From assembly GCA_964469485.1 (NCBI GenBank), contig CAYXZP010000001.1, positions 3,660 through 67,659 of the forward strand: a stretch of DNA of 64,000 nucleotides. The letters run 5' to 3'. Below, in pieces: positions 45,852-55,336 of the stretch. The DNA comes from an uncultured Myxococcales bacterium. Lineage in GTDB: Bacteria > Desulfobacterota > Binatia > UBA1149 > CAYXZP01. Positions within the stretch are counted from its first letter, which is position 1. Every line of letters starts with the position of its first letter. The notes below the pieces were generated by a model, which had not been told where the DNA came from, did not search any database, and saw only the letters and a list, made by a program, of their open reading frames with translations. The position numbers were made by a program, and so were the translations under genes.

Positions 45852-46442
45852 ATGTCAGAGAACGAAAGGCAGCGGGTCATCGAGGGCTCCGCCAGGGTTC
45901 CGCCCGGGCAGCGTGTGACTACGGGCTTCCCGGTACTTAGCTACGGCGCCACGCCGAGGCTGGGCAGCGAAGACTGGAAGTTCCGTGTGTTCGGTCTTGT
46001 CGAACATGAGCGTCAATGGGACTGGGAGGGCTTTCTCGCGCTCGGACGGGTCATCATCAGGGCCGACTTCCACTGCGTGACCTCATGGAGCCGGCTCGAC
46101 AATAGTTGGACGGGGGTGCCGACGGCGCGTCTCATTGAGGAGGCCGGTGTGAAGGCCGGGGCCCGTTACGTCATGGTCCACTGTCATGGCGGTTACACGA
46201 CCAACATGCCGCTCGAGGCTTTTGCCGCCGGGGACTCGCTGTTCGCCCACATGCACGACGGTCGTCCCTTGGAACCCGACCACGGCGGCCCCATGCGCCT
46301 GGTGGTCCCGCAGCTCTACGCCTGGAAGTCCGCCAAATGGGTATCGGCCATCGAGTTCATGGCGCGGGACCGTCGTGGTTTTTGGGAGAGCAACGGCTAC
46401 TCCAACAGCGCCGACCCCTGGACCGAGGACCGCTACTCTTGA
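45852..46442 (+). CDS. Sulfite-oxidase-family molybdopterin-binding oxidoreductase (catalytic domain only)
   Basis: FHCVTSWS places the conserved Mo-ligand Cys in context. 196 aa with no dimerisation or heme domain. Confidence 0.7.
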   Translation: MSENERQRVIEGSARVPPGQRVTTGFPVLSYGATPRLGSEDWKFRVFGLVEHERQWDWEGFLALGRVIIRADFHCVTSWSRLDNSWTGVPTARLIEEAGVKAGARYVMVHCHGGYTTNMPLEAFAAGDSLFAHMHDGRPLEPDHGGPMRLVVPQLYAWKSAKWVSAIEFMARDRRGFWESNGYSNSADPWTEDRYS

Positions 46443-47218
46443 GCGCGCCCGTCATTACCTTGCTGACCGACTTCGGTACGGCCGACGGTTATGTGGCAGC
46501 CATGAAGGGAGTTGTGCTGTCCCTGGCACCCGCGGCCCGGCTCTTCGACATCGGCCACGAGATAGACGGGTGTGACGTTGTTGCGGGCGCCCTGGCTCTC
46601 GAGAGTTCGGCGCCGCTTTTCCCGGCCGGCAGCATACACCTCGCCGTTGTGGACCCCGGCGTGGGCGGGGCGCGGGCCCCATTGCTGGTGGAGTCCGGAG
46701 GTCGGTTCTACGTCGGCCCCGACAACGGCCTGCTATCCTTGGCCGCCTCGCCGCCGAGAACCGTTCGTCGCCTGGCAAACGACCGCTTCTTTCGGTTGCC
46801 ACTGTCCGACACCTTTCACGGACGCGATCTGTTCGCGCCCGTGGCCGGGCATCTGGCCGCCGGCCGCGCCCCTGCTGAGTTCGGGCCGGCAGCAGACGGT
46901 ATGCAGCAGCTCGCGCTGCCCGAGCCTACACTGGACGGCGGCTCGGTACGGGGGGAGGTCCTCGTGGTCGACCGGTTCGGCAACCTCATTACCAACATCT
47001 CCGACAAGGACCTGCCCGCCGCACGCGACCGCTGTAGGGTAAGGCTCGGTGAGGCCATGATAACCGGGATATCGGCCGGCTATTTCCAGGCGGACAGCGG
47101 CTCTCTGGTGGCCGTGATCTCGAGTCGCGGCACGCTCGAGATAGCCGTCAAGGAGGGTTCTGCGGCCGGCCAGACCCGAAGCGGGCGCGGCACGGGCGTC
47201 GTGGTCGAGTCCGGCTAG
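46439..47218 (+). CDS. SAM hydroxide adenosyltransferase (DUF62, fluorinase/chlorinase-like) family protein
   Basis: The TTG start overlaps the upstream TGA. VITLLTDFGTADGYVAAMKGV N-terminal signature of the family. Confidence 0.7.
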   Translation: MSAPVITLLTDFGTADGYVAAMKGVVLSLAPAARLFDIGHEIDGCDVVAGALALESSAPLFPAGSIHLAVVDPGVGGARAPLLVESGGRFYVGPDNGLLSLAASPPRTVRRLANDRFFRLPLSDTFHGRDLFAPVAGHLAAGRAPAEFGPAADGMQQLALPEPTLDGGSVRGEVLVVDRFGNLITNISDKDLPAARDRCRVRLGEAMITGISAGYFQADSGSLVAVISSRGTLEIAVKEGSAAGQTRSGRGTGVVVESG

Positions 47219-48933
47219 CGTATCACCGGCACGGCGACGGCCAGGGCGTGAATGCCCGGTTCGAGCACGGCCGCCAGTTCAAGCGTCGAGGCCAGACCCC
47301 GCGAAAGCGCGGCGGAGAGCTTGGCGACCGGCGCCGCAGGTCCCCGACCCCTGATCGAGAGCAGCGCGCCGAGCGGGCCCGGGGGTTCGGGCAGGTGGCG
47401 GACCTCGATCGCGGCGGTGTTGTCGATGCCGGCGCGCCTGGCCGCAAGCCGGACGGCGGTGCGTAGCCCCCCGAGGCGGTCGACCAGTCCGGCCTCCAGC
47501 GCCTGCCGTCCTGTCCACACGCGTCCGCGCGCCACACGGTCGACCTCTTCGACCGTCATCGAACGACCCTCGGCCACACGGTCGAGGAACAGTACGTAGA
47601 TACGTTCCATCTGTGTCCTGAGCAGCGAGCGTTCGGCGCGGTCCAGTCCCTTGGTCACATCCATGATGCGTGAGTAGCGGCCGCGGCCGAGAGTCTCGCT
47701 GCCGATGCCCAGCCGGCCCAGCAGGCCCGCTATGTTGGGTTTGAACAGCACCACCCCGATCGAGCCGGTAAGCGTGGCCGGCTCGGCCACCACGCGGTCC
47801 GCCGCCGAGGCCAGGTAGTAGCCGCCCGAGGCGGCCATATCGCCGAGCGAGGCCACCACCGGTTTCTCGGCCGCGGTGCGCCGTATCTCCTGCCAAAGCT
47901 CGTCCGAGGCGTGGGCCGAGCCACCGGGGCTGTCGATGCGAAGCACTATTGCCGCCGTGGAACGGTCGGCCGCGGCCTTGCGGAGCAGTTCGGCCAGCGA
48001 GTCGGCGCCGACCGTCATGGCCGAGCCGGGGGTCCGGCGGCCGCTGCCGCCGACGATGGTGCCGTTGACATGGGCGACGCCTATACCGGCTCCGCCGCCG
48101 AGCCCGACACGGTTGCGCCGTACGCGGTCGTAAACGGCCTCTGTCACGGTTGCTATCGGACGGCCGTCGGCGGACAGACCGGCCAGCAGTTCCTCGCGCG
48201 AACCGACCGCGTCGGTCAAGCCGGCCTCTATGAAGGCCTCGGGCGAGGCCGGCGCGGCGTCGATGATGGACTCGATATCGTCATACGGTAAGGCGCGGCT
48301 TCGTGAAAGGGTGTTGGTGAACTCGGCGTTCACCGAATCGAGTATGGAATCGGCCATCTCGCGGTGGGCGGCCGACATCGCGCGCCCGGCCAAGGTGTCG
48401 GCCGCGGTCTTGTACTCGCCGCGCCGTTCCACCTCGATGGCCACATCGACCTTCTCCCAGACCCCGCCAAGGAAGACGAAGTTGGCCGAAAGGCCGTTGA
48501 CCATCAGCGTCGACGACGGTGATATGTGTATTTTTTCGGCGGCCGAGGCGACGTAGTATTCCAGGTTGCCGCTGAGGTGGCCGCCTTCGAGAAGCGCGAC
48601 CACTCGCTTGCCGCGGCGGCGCGCATCGTGCAGCCGGTCGCGGATCTCGGCTGCCTGCGCCCAACCGGTCTCGAGGTCTCCGACCTCGAGGAGGACACCG
48701 GCCAGACGTTCGTCGGCGGCGGCCTTCTCGAGATTGTCGAGCAGCCCCACCAGCGAGCGGTCGCCGCCCATGAGGCGGCTCATGAGTCCGGGGCGGGCGC
48801 CCTCGGAGTACTCGCCCTCGAGTTCGACGAGCAGGTAGGAGCCGTCGGGGATGCCGGGCCCGCGCTGGGTCCAGAACAGGGCCAGGGCCACGATAAGGGC
48901 CGCGGCGATGAGCCACTTGAGGCGGCGGCGCAC
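47215..48933 (-). CDS. sppA: Signal peptide peptidase SppA (67K type)
   Basis: N-terminal TM segment and two ClpP/crotonase-like S49 domains. Confidence 0.85.
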   Translation of the reverse strand: MRRRLKWLIAAALIVALALFWTQRGPGIPDGSYLLVELEGEYSEGARPGLMSRLMGGDRSLVGLLDNLEKAAADERLAGVLLEVGDLETGWAQAAEIRDRLHDARRRGKRVVALLEGGHLSGNLEYYVASAAEKIHISPSSTLMVNGLSANFVFLGGVWEKVDVAIEVERRGEYKTAADTLAGRAMSAAHREMADSILDSVNAEFTNTLSRSRALPYDDIESIIDAAPASPEAFIEAGLTDAVGSREELLAGLSADGRPIATVTEAVYDRVRRNRVGLGGGAGIGVAHVNGTIVGGSGRRTPGSAMTVGADSLAELLRKAAADRSTAAIVLRIDSPGGSAHASDELWQEIRRTAAEKPVVASLGDMAASGGYYLASAADRVVAEPATLTGSIGVVLFKPNIAGLLGRLGIGSETLGRGRYSRIMDVTKGLDRAERSLLRTQMERIYVLFLDRVAEGRSMTVEEVDRVARGRVWTGRQALEAGLVDRLGGLRTAVRLAARRAGIDNTAAIEVRHLPEPPGPLGALLSIRGRGPAAPVAKLSAALSRGLASTLELAAVLEPGIHALAVAVPVIR

Positions 48934-48985
48934 GGGTCTCCCATAGCCTCATTGACGGCCTGTGGCGAGCTTCTGCTAAGCTGGC

Positions 48986-50014
48986 GTGGTGAACAACCGG
49001 CTCTCACTATGGAATGCCGGCGCCGAGACCGCCGCCGAGGGTTTCGCGCGTGACCAGGCGATGATGACGCTCGTCGCTTCGACGGGCAGCGCGCTCGGCC
49101 GGCTCTGGCGGCGCAGCCGGGAGGCGCTTTGCCTGGGCCGTTTTCACCGCCGGCCCGCCGGCGGGCCGGCGGGCCTGGAAAGACGGCTAAGCGGCGGGCG
49201 CGCCGTCGTAGTGGGCCCGGACGTCGCCTGCATGACCCTGGTCGTGCCGGGCGTGGACTGGTTGGCTGCGGACCAGGCGCCCTTGAGGCCCGACCAGGTC
49301 CTCAACCGGGCCCTCAGGCCCATGCTCGCGGCCCTGCGGGCGGCCGGGCTCGACGCTTTCTACGGCGGACGCGATCTGGTGACGGTAGCGGGCCGCCCCC
49401 TGGCGCACGCCGCCTTCACTGTGGCTGCGGACGGCGTCTGCGTCATCGAGCAACAGGTGGCGCTTGCCGCCGGTTTTTCCGATCTCCCGGCACTGCTTGC
49501 CAAGCACGACCCCGAGGGGGTGTCGGTCGTTGATGCGTACTGCTTCGAGGATGCGGCGACCGTGTGCGCACTCAGGGACGGCTTCAGACCGGATAGCTGG
49601 GAGGAGCTTTTCGCCGAACACATTGGCCGGACCTGGACGCTGGACGAGACCCGAACCGGCCTTGATGACTGGTGCGCCGGCGTCGATCTGGTCGCGGCCG
49701 ACCCTTGCGCTCACGAGGCCTTCCTGGCCGAACGCGGGCCTGTGGCCCCGGAGGACCGTTCGGCGGTGGCGCGCACGATGTTGGGAGCCGCAGAGGCCTC
49801 GGCCCGTGTGGCCGGCGGTCGTTGCCACGGGCTCGTGATCTCCGGCGACATCATCGCTCCCTTCCACACGCTCGACGAGATCTCGGTCGGTCTCGAGGAC
49901 AAGCGTCCGGACGCGGCCGTGGTGCGCCGTGTGATGACCTCGGTGATGTCCATGCCCCGCAACTTCATCCTTGGAGCCACCGAACTGGACCTGCTCATAA
50001 CGAGGCTTGCCTGA
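48986..50014 (+). CDS. BPL/LPL catalytic-domain protein (lipoate-protein ligase/octanoyltransferase-like)
   Basis: RRLSGGRAVVVGPD and GRDLVTVAGRPLAHAAF resemble LplA/LipB family motifs. Weak assignment. Confidence 0.45.
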   Translation: MVNNRLSLWNAGAETAAEGFARDQAMMTLVASTGSALGRLWRRSREALCLGRFHRRPAGGPAGLERRLSGGRAVVVGPDVACMTLVVPGVDWLAADQAPLRPDQVLNRALRPMLAALRAAGLDAFYGGRDLVTVAGRPLAHAAFTVAADGVCVIEQQVALAAGFSDLPALLAKHDPEGVSVVDAYCFEDAATVCALRDGFRPDSWEELFAEHIGRTWTLDETRTGLDDWCAGVDLVAADPCAHEAFLAERGPVAPEDRSAVARTMLGAAEASARVAGGRCHGLVISGDIIAPFHTLDEISVGLEDKRPDAAVVRRVMTSVMSMPRNFILGATELDLLITRLA

Positions 50015-50038
50015 CCGGATTGCGGAACTGGGACGGCC

Positions 50039-50401
50039 GTGCCATCAAATCCGTCCGTGAGCGACTGTCTGTTCTGCAAGATACGCGACGGCGAGCTTCC
50101 CGCCGACAAGCTTCAGGATGACGGCCGGCTTTTCGTTATAAGCGACATCAACCCGGCCGCACCCACGCACGTTCTCATCATTCCCCACCGGCACATCGAG
50201 ACCATCGCCGATCTCCGGGAGGCCGACGCGGCCTTGGTGGGCGAGGTCTATCTTGTGGCCGCCCGTATGGCGCGCGAGCAGGGCTTCGCCGACAGCGGCT
50301 ACCGCGTGGTCGCCAACTGCAACCGCGACGGCGGACAGACCGTTTTCCACGTCCACTTCCACCTGTTGGCCGGGCGCGGCCTGGCCTGGCCGCCGGGCTG
50401 A
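50039..50401 (+). CDS. HIT-family histidine triad protein
   Basis: CLFCKI... and HVHFHLL (HxHxHxx) motif. Confidence 0.85.
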   Translation: MPSNPSVSDCLFCKIRDGELPADKLQDDGRLFVISDINPAAPTHVLIIPHRHIETIADLREADAALVGEVYLVAARMAREQGFADSGYRVVANCNRDGGQTVFHVHFHLLAGRGLAWPPG

Positions 50402-50420
50402 GCGGGCGGACGCCCGAAGC

Positions 50421-51116
50421 ATGCTCGGAGCCGTTATCTTCGATTTCGACGGCGTCATCGCCGACGATGAACTCCTGCACCTGGCCGGTTTTCGCCAAGC
50501 GCTGGCCTCCTACGGCATAACCGTCAGCGAGGCCGATTACTTCACACGCTATGTCGGCCTCAATGATCGAGACGGTTTCAAGGCCATACTCGAGGACAAC
50601 CGGGGGCGGGCGGAGCCGGACGCCGTGTGGGCGCTGATGGCCGACAAGGCGCGCATCTTCAAGGAACTGGTCAGCGATCGTGTTCGTATCTTTCCCGGGG
50701 TCGAAGGTCTGCTCGGCCAGCTCGCCTCAGGACCCGAGCCCGTGCCCACCGCCATCGGCTCGGGCGCGCTGCGTTCCGAGATAGACCTGGTGCTGGCCGC
50801 GGCCGGTCTCGGCGGCTTCTTTCGTGAGATCGTAGCGGCCGACGACGTCAGCAACGGCAAGCCCGATCCCGAGACTTTTCTCGAGGCCGGCCGCCGACTC
50901 GGGGTCGACCCCGGACGCTGCGTCGTCATCGAGGATTCCACCGGCGGGCTCGAGGCCGCGGCCAGAGCGGGCATGAGGCGCGTGGCCGTGGCCAACACTT
51001 ACCAGGCCGCCGAACTCGAGGCGGACCTTGTCGTGGGCAGTCTCGAGGGGCTGACCCGGACCGATCTCGAGTCACTGTTCGAGGGTCGGGATGGCCCCGG
51101 AGGGCGGGAGGAATAG
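50421..51116 (+). CDS. HAD-family hydrolase (beta-phosphoglucomutase-like)
   Basis: MLGAVIFDFDGVIAD (motif I DxDG). Internal ATG start. The longer ORF-track N-terminus is likely spurious. Confidence 0.8.
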   Translation: MLGAVIFDFDGVIADDELLHLAGFRQALASYGITVSEADYFTRYVGLNDRDGFKAILEDNRGRAEPDAVWALMADKARIFKELVSDRVRIFPGVEGLLGQLASGPEPVPTAIGSGALRSEIDLVLAAAGLGGFFREIVAADDVSNGKPDPETFLEAGRRLGVDPGRCVVIEDSTGGLEAAARAGMRRVAVANTYQAAELEADLVVGSLEGLTRTDLESLFEGRDGPGGREE

Positions 51117-51350
51117 ATGAGCCAAGCCGACCTGAAACGGCACCTGCTCGAGCAGATCGCCGAGACCCACCAACATCTGTCTGGGCTTGTCGAGCAGCGC
51201 CTCGAGGCCGAGGACCTCGAGGATATCGAGCGCTACTTCGCGGCTATGGGCAAGGTGGTCATCATGCTCGAGAACGGCGACCGGGGGCTTCGGGACCTGG
51301 CCCAGGAACTGGTCGCCGATATGGCCCCTCTGATCATCTCGGAGCTTTGA
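51117..51350 (+). CDS. Hypothetical small acidic protein
   Basis: 77 aa, begins immediately after the HAD gene stop. No recognised family. Confidence 0.3.
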   Translation: MSQADLKRHLLEQIAETHQHLSGLVEQRLEAEDLEDIERYFAAMGKVVIMLENGDRGLRDLAQELVADMAPLIISEL

Positions 51351-51353
51351 CCC

Positions 51354-52706
51354 TCAGAAACGTCGGTCCAGCGGCAGGGTGACCCTGTAGTGGCGCTTGC
51401 CGCGCAGCACCGAGACCAGCACGCTGTTGCTGTTGCGGAAGGAGGCCAGGCGGCGGCGGAAGCCGTCGTGGTTGTCTATGTCACGCCCGCCTAGTGCCGT
51501 TATCCGGTCTCCCTTCTCTATGCCTATCTCTTGGGCCGGACTCCGGTAGCGCACTTGCTCGACGACCACACCGCTTCCTTCCGTCCCGTCGGCGGTCTTT
51601 AGCCCCATCGCGGTCCAGGCGAACTCATCGATGCGCTCGGCGGGCAGGGCCGCAAGCTTGATCGTCAGCTCGCGCTCGGCGCCGTTCTGCCGGGTGCGAA
51701 GACGCAGCCGGTCGCCGGCTGCCATTCCACGCGTGGTGCGTGCATAGGAGGCGGCCGTTGCCACCTTCTCACCTTGGGCGTGGGTGATGATGGTGCCGCG
51801 TTCGAGCCCGGCACTCTCGCCCGGGCTCCCTTCCTCGACGCCGCTTACGAGCACGCCGGCGCCCGATTCGACGCCGAAATGGAAAGCGATCTCCGGCGTC
51901 AGGTTCTGGACCTGTATGCCCACCCAGGGCGGCTGTACTCCGCCGTGCTCGATGATCTGCTCGACGATGTTCCTCACCCTGTGGATCGGGATGGCAAATC
52001 CTATGCCCTCGGCGTCGTTGTGGATGGCCGTGTTGATGCCGATAAGGCGGCCTTCGACGTTCATGAGCGGGCCGCCCGAGTTGCCCGGGTTGATCGAGGC
52101 GTCGGTCTGAATGAAGTCGTGGTAGACCAGGTCCTTGGCTTGTATGGTGCGACCCATCGCGCTTACCACGCCCGTGGTCACCGTGTGGGAAAGACCGTAG
52201 GGGTTGCCGATGGCGATCACCGTCTCGCCGATGAGGATCTTGTCGTCGTCCGCCATGGCTATCACCGGTAGCGGCTTGTCCGTCTCCACCTTCAACACGG
52301 CGAGGTCGGAGTCCGAGTCGGCCCCGGCCAGGGTGGCCGGAAACTCGCGTTTGTCGGCCATCAGGACCCTGATGTCGGAGGCGTGCACGATGACGTGCTC
52401 GTTGGTCACGATCATTCCGTCCTTGCGAATGATGACACCGGAGCCGAGCGAGGTGCGTTTTTGGCGTGTGCGCGGGCTCGGCATGCCGTTGAAAAAGTCG
52501 GAGAAGAAATCGTCGAAGAACGGGTCGCCGGTAAAGGGCGAGGGCCGCCGGAAGGGCGTGCTGACGACCCTCTCGGTGTAGATGTTGACCACCGCCGGGC
52601 TGGCCGTTTCCACGGCCTTGACGACGGGGGTGCGGCGCAGGTCGGCGCCGGCCTCTTGGACCAAGAGTAGCGCTAGTGCCGATGCGAGGGCTGAGGTTCG
52701 GGTCAA
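51354..52706 (-). CDS. htrA: Do/DegP-family serine endoprotease
   Basis: Trypsin-like domain (GNSGGPL) plus PDZ domains. Signal peptide. Confidence 0.9.
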   Translation of the reverse strand: MTRTSALASALALLLVQEAGADLRRTPVVKAVETASPAVVNIYTERVVSTPFRRPSPFTGDPFFDDFFSDFFNGMPSPRTRQKRTSLGSGVIIRKDGMIVTNEHVIVHASDIRVLMADKREFPATLAGADSDSDLAVLKVETDKPLPVIAMADDDKILIGETVIAIGNPYGLSHTVTTGVVSAMGRTIQAKDLVYHDFIQTDASINPGNSGGPLMNVEGRLIGINTAIHNDAEGIGFAIPIHRVRNIVEQIIEHGGVQPPWVGIQVQNLTPEIAFHFGVESGAGVLVSGVEEGSPGESAGLERGTIITHAQGEKVATAASYARTTRGMAAGDRLRLRTRQNGAERELTIKLAALPAERIDEFAWTAMGLKTADGTEGSGVVVEQVRYRSPAQEIGIEKGDRITALGGRDIDNHDGFRRRLASFRNSNSVLVSVLRGKRHYRVTLPLDRRF

Positions 52707-54754
52707 GTGAGGGGCTCCAGTTCGAGGCTGCGCTCGGCGAGTTCAGCCGAAGTCACCCGTACCGTCAACCTTTGGCCGACCTTGACGGTGCGGCCCGACT
52801 CGCGGCTCTTCAGCTCGAGCCGCTCGCGATGGAAGTCGTAATACTCCTCGAGGCGGGCCAAGGGTACCAGTCCCTCCACGAAGAAGTCGTCCAACTCCAC
52901 GAAGAAACCGAACCTTTCGACCGAGGTGACCGTGCCACGGAAGGTCTTGCCGACATGGCGGACCATGATCATGACCCCGGCCGCGCGCCGTATATCACGT
53001 TCGGCCCCGGTTGCACGTCGCTCGCCCTGGCTACAGAGCAGGGCCAGCTCCGGAAGCGAGGACGCCTTTTCGGCTTCCTCGGGCCTGTTGCCGAAAGTGG
53101 CGGCGAGAGCACGGTGGGTGATGATATCCGGATAGCGGCGGATCGGCGAGGTGAAGTGCGTGGAACACTGACTGGCAAGGCCGAAGTGGATCGCGCGTTC
53201 GGCCGAGTAGCGGGCCTGTGTCATCGCGCGCAACACCATGAGATTGGCCAGGCGTTCGAACGGCTTGCCGGCCGCCTTCTTGACGACGGCCTGCAGCGCG
53301 GCCGGCTCCCGGGCCGCGTCCCCGCCGGCCAGCCTCAGGCCCAGCAGCGATAGCCGCGCGGCCAGCCGTATGATGGATTCCTCGTCGGGGCGCTCGTGGT
53401 TGCGGTAGAGCAGGGCGCGGTCGAGCGATGTGATATGACGGGCGACGGCCTCGTTGGCCGCCAGCATGAACTCTTCGATCATGCGGTGGCTCATGAGCCG
53501 TGCGGTCTGTCGCATGGTCTGCGGGCGGCCGTTGCCATCAAGTTCGACTAGGGCTTCGGGGATGTCGAGGTCTATGGCGCCGCGTGCCATGCGCTGCGTG
53601 CGGAGCCGTGACGCGCAGTCTTGCATCATGAGGAGCGACGGACCGAGTTCGTTGCTTTCCGGGCCGTCGAGAATGGCTTGGGCCTCCTCGTAGCTGACGT
53701 TGGCGCGGCTGCGTATCACGCTCTTGGCAAAGGAGGTCGAAAGCGGTCGGCCTTCCGGGTCGATCTCCAGGCTGACCGACATCGTCAGACGATCGCGGCC
53801 GGGGACCAGGCTTGCCGCGCCGGCGGCCAGGGCCTCCGGGAGCATGTGCACGGCACGGCCGGGGAAGTAGGTGCTGGTCGTTCGCCGGCGCGCCTCCTCG
53901 TCGAGCGCGGAACCGGGCCGCACATAGTGCGAGACGTCCGCGATCGCGACGGTAAGGCGCCAGCCGTCGCCGGTCTTCTCTATGCCCACGGCATCGTCGT
54001 GGTCGGCCGCGTCGGCGGGATCGATCGTGAACATTGCGAGCGGTCTCAGGTCCAGGCGGCCCTCGATGTCACCGGGGCCGGGCTCGCTGCAGGCTTCGGC
54101 CTCGTCGACGGCCGCGCCGGGGAACTCGGTGGCGATCGCCATCATCGAACAGACGGCCTCGATCTCGGTCGCCAGTTCGCCGGGCTGTCCCAGCGGGCGC
54201 AGCGGGCGAAGCTCCAGGTCCCGGTAAGAGGTCGGGTAGGCCGTGATCTCGCACTCGACGACTTCTGCTTGCGGCGCGGGTTCGGCGCCCGCGGACAGGC
54301 GTGCCGTGTAGTCGATCTTGGGATCGGTGGGTACCAGCTGCGCCGGGTCACGGTCCGAGACCACAGCCGTTATACGTTCGCGGCCGCGTTCGATGACACG
54401 GGCCAGGCGGCCCGTCGGCCGTCCCCGTTTCAGATAAGGCAGGACCTCGACCAGCACCAGGTCGCCGTCCATGGCCGGCCGCACCCCGTGGCGCCCGAGC
54501 GACACGACCTCGCCGCCTTCGCCGGGATGTTCCGGCCGGACCACGGCGCGGCCCCTGCGACCGACTGAAAGCCGGCCCGTGACCATGCCCAGGCGCGAGG
54601 GCAAGGCCACGCGCCCCTTGCGGGTACGGATGATGTCGCCGCGGGCTTCGAGCCGGCCGAGCACGGCCTCGATCTCTTCGGGGGAGGCCGGCAGACGGCG
54701 GGTCAACTGATCGACGAGCGTGTGCTTGCGCTTGGCCGAGCCGAGCGCCCTCAT
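52703..54754 (-). CDS. rnr: Ribonuclease R
   Basis: RNB catalytic domain and C-terminal S1 domain. Confidence 0.9.
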   Translation of the reverse strand: MRALGSAKRKHTLVDQLTRRLPASPEEIEAVLGRLEARGDIIRTRKGRVALPSRLGMVTGRLSVGRRGRAVVRPEHPGEGGEVVSLGRHGVRPAMDGDLVLVEVLPYLKRGRPTGRLARVIERGRERITAVVSDRDPAQLVPTDPKIDYTARLSAGAEPAPQAEVVECEITAYPTSYRDLELRPLRPLGQPGELATEIEAVCSMMAIATEFPGAAVDEAEACSEPGPGDIEGRLDLRPLAMFTIDPADAADHDDAVGIEKTGDGWRLTVAIADVSHYVRPGSALDEEARRRTTSTYFPGRAVHMLPEALAAGAASLVPGRDRLTMSVSLEIDPEGRPLSTSFAKSVIRSRANVSYEEAQAILDGPESNELGPSLLMMQDCASRLRTQRMARGAIDLDIPEALVELDGNGRPQTMRQTARLMSHRMIEEFMLAANEAVARHITSLDRALLYRNHERPDEESIIRLAARLSLLGLRLAGGDAAREPAALQAVVKKAAGKPFERLANLMVLRAMTQARYSAERAIHFGLASQCSTHFTSPIRRYPDIITHRALAATFGNRPEEAEKASSLPELALLCSQGERRATGAERDIRRAAGVMIMVRHVGKTFRGTVTSVERFGFFVELDDFFVEGLVPLARLEEYYDFHRERLELKSRESGRTVKVGQRLTVRVTSAELAERSLELEPLT

Positions 54755-54780
54755 GATTCGGCTTTCGAGCTGGTCGGAGC

Positions 54781-55326
54781 TCAGCCGTCTATGAGGACGC
54801 AGGCTGAGACCACCGAGGTCCAGCGCCCGTCCTTGGCCCCACGTGCCGACTGCGAGATGTTGCGGGTACGGACTATCTGGTCGCTAAGACGCCATATGTC
54901 GCGGCGTTCGTCGTAACTGGTGTCCGCGTTGAAGGGGACGTCGAGAATGGTCGCCAGCATCTGGGCCGCCAGGTCTTCGGCATAGTCACCGGCCGCCTCG
55001 TCGGTCTGCCCGAAGGCGTGGTGTTCGCTGAGATAGCCGTACATCGAACGGTCCTTGGGAATGGCCACCCCCACGGATGCCGCAAGATGGCGATGGGGTT
55101 CGTTGCTCTCGGCGCGGCTCATGACCACGTGCAGTATCTGGCCGGGACTGAGGTGTTTCAGCCCCTCCTTCCTAGGCACGATCTTGCAGTGTGGCGGGAA
55201 GATGCTCGACACGGTGACGAGGTTGAACTGGGCGATATCGGCCATGCGAAGCGCCAGCTCGAAGGCGGCCAGTTGTTCCGTGTGGCGGCCCACCCCCTTG
55301 GTGAGAAATGCTTGTTTGGCTACCAA
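54781..55326 (-). CDS. pdaD: Pyruvoyl-dependent arginine decarboxylase
   Basis: VAKQAFLTKGVGRHTEQLAAFE...SS cleavage region typical of PdaD. Probable TTG start at 55326. The longer ORF-track N-terminus overlaps the upstream gene. Confidence 0.75.
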   Translation of the reverse strand: MVAKQAFLTKGVGRHTEQLAAFELALRMADIAQFNLVTVSSIFPPHCKIVPRKEGLKHLSPGQILHVVMSRAESNEPHRHLAASVGVAIPKDRSMYGYLSEHHAFGQTDEAAGDYAEDLAAQMLATILDVPFNADTSYDERRDIWRLSDQIVRTRNISQSARGAKDGRWTSVVSACVLIDG

Positions 55327-55336
55327 CCGTGCCGCC

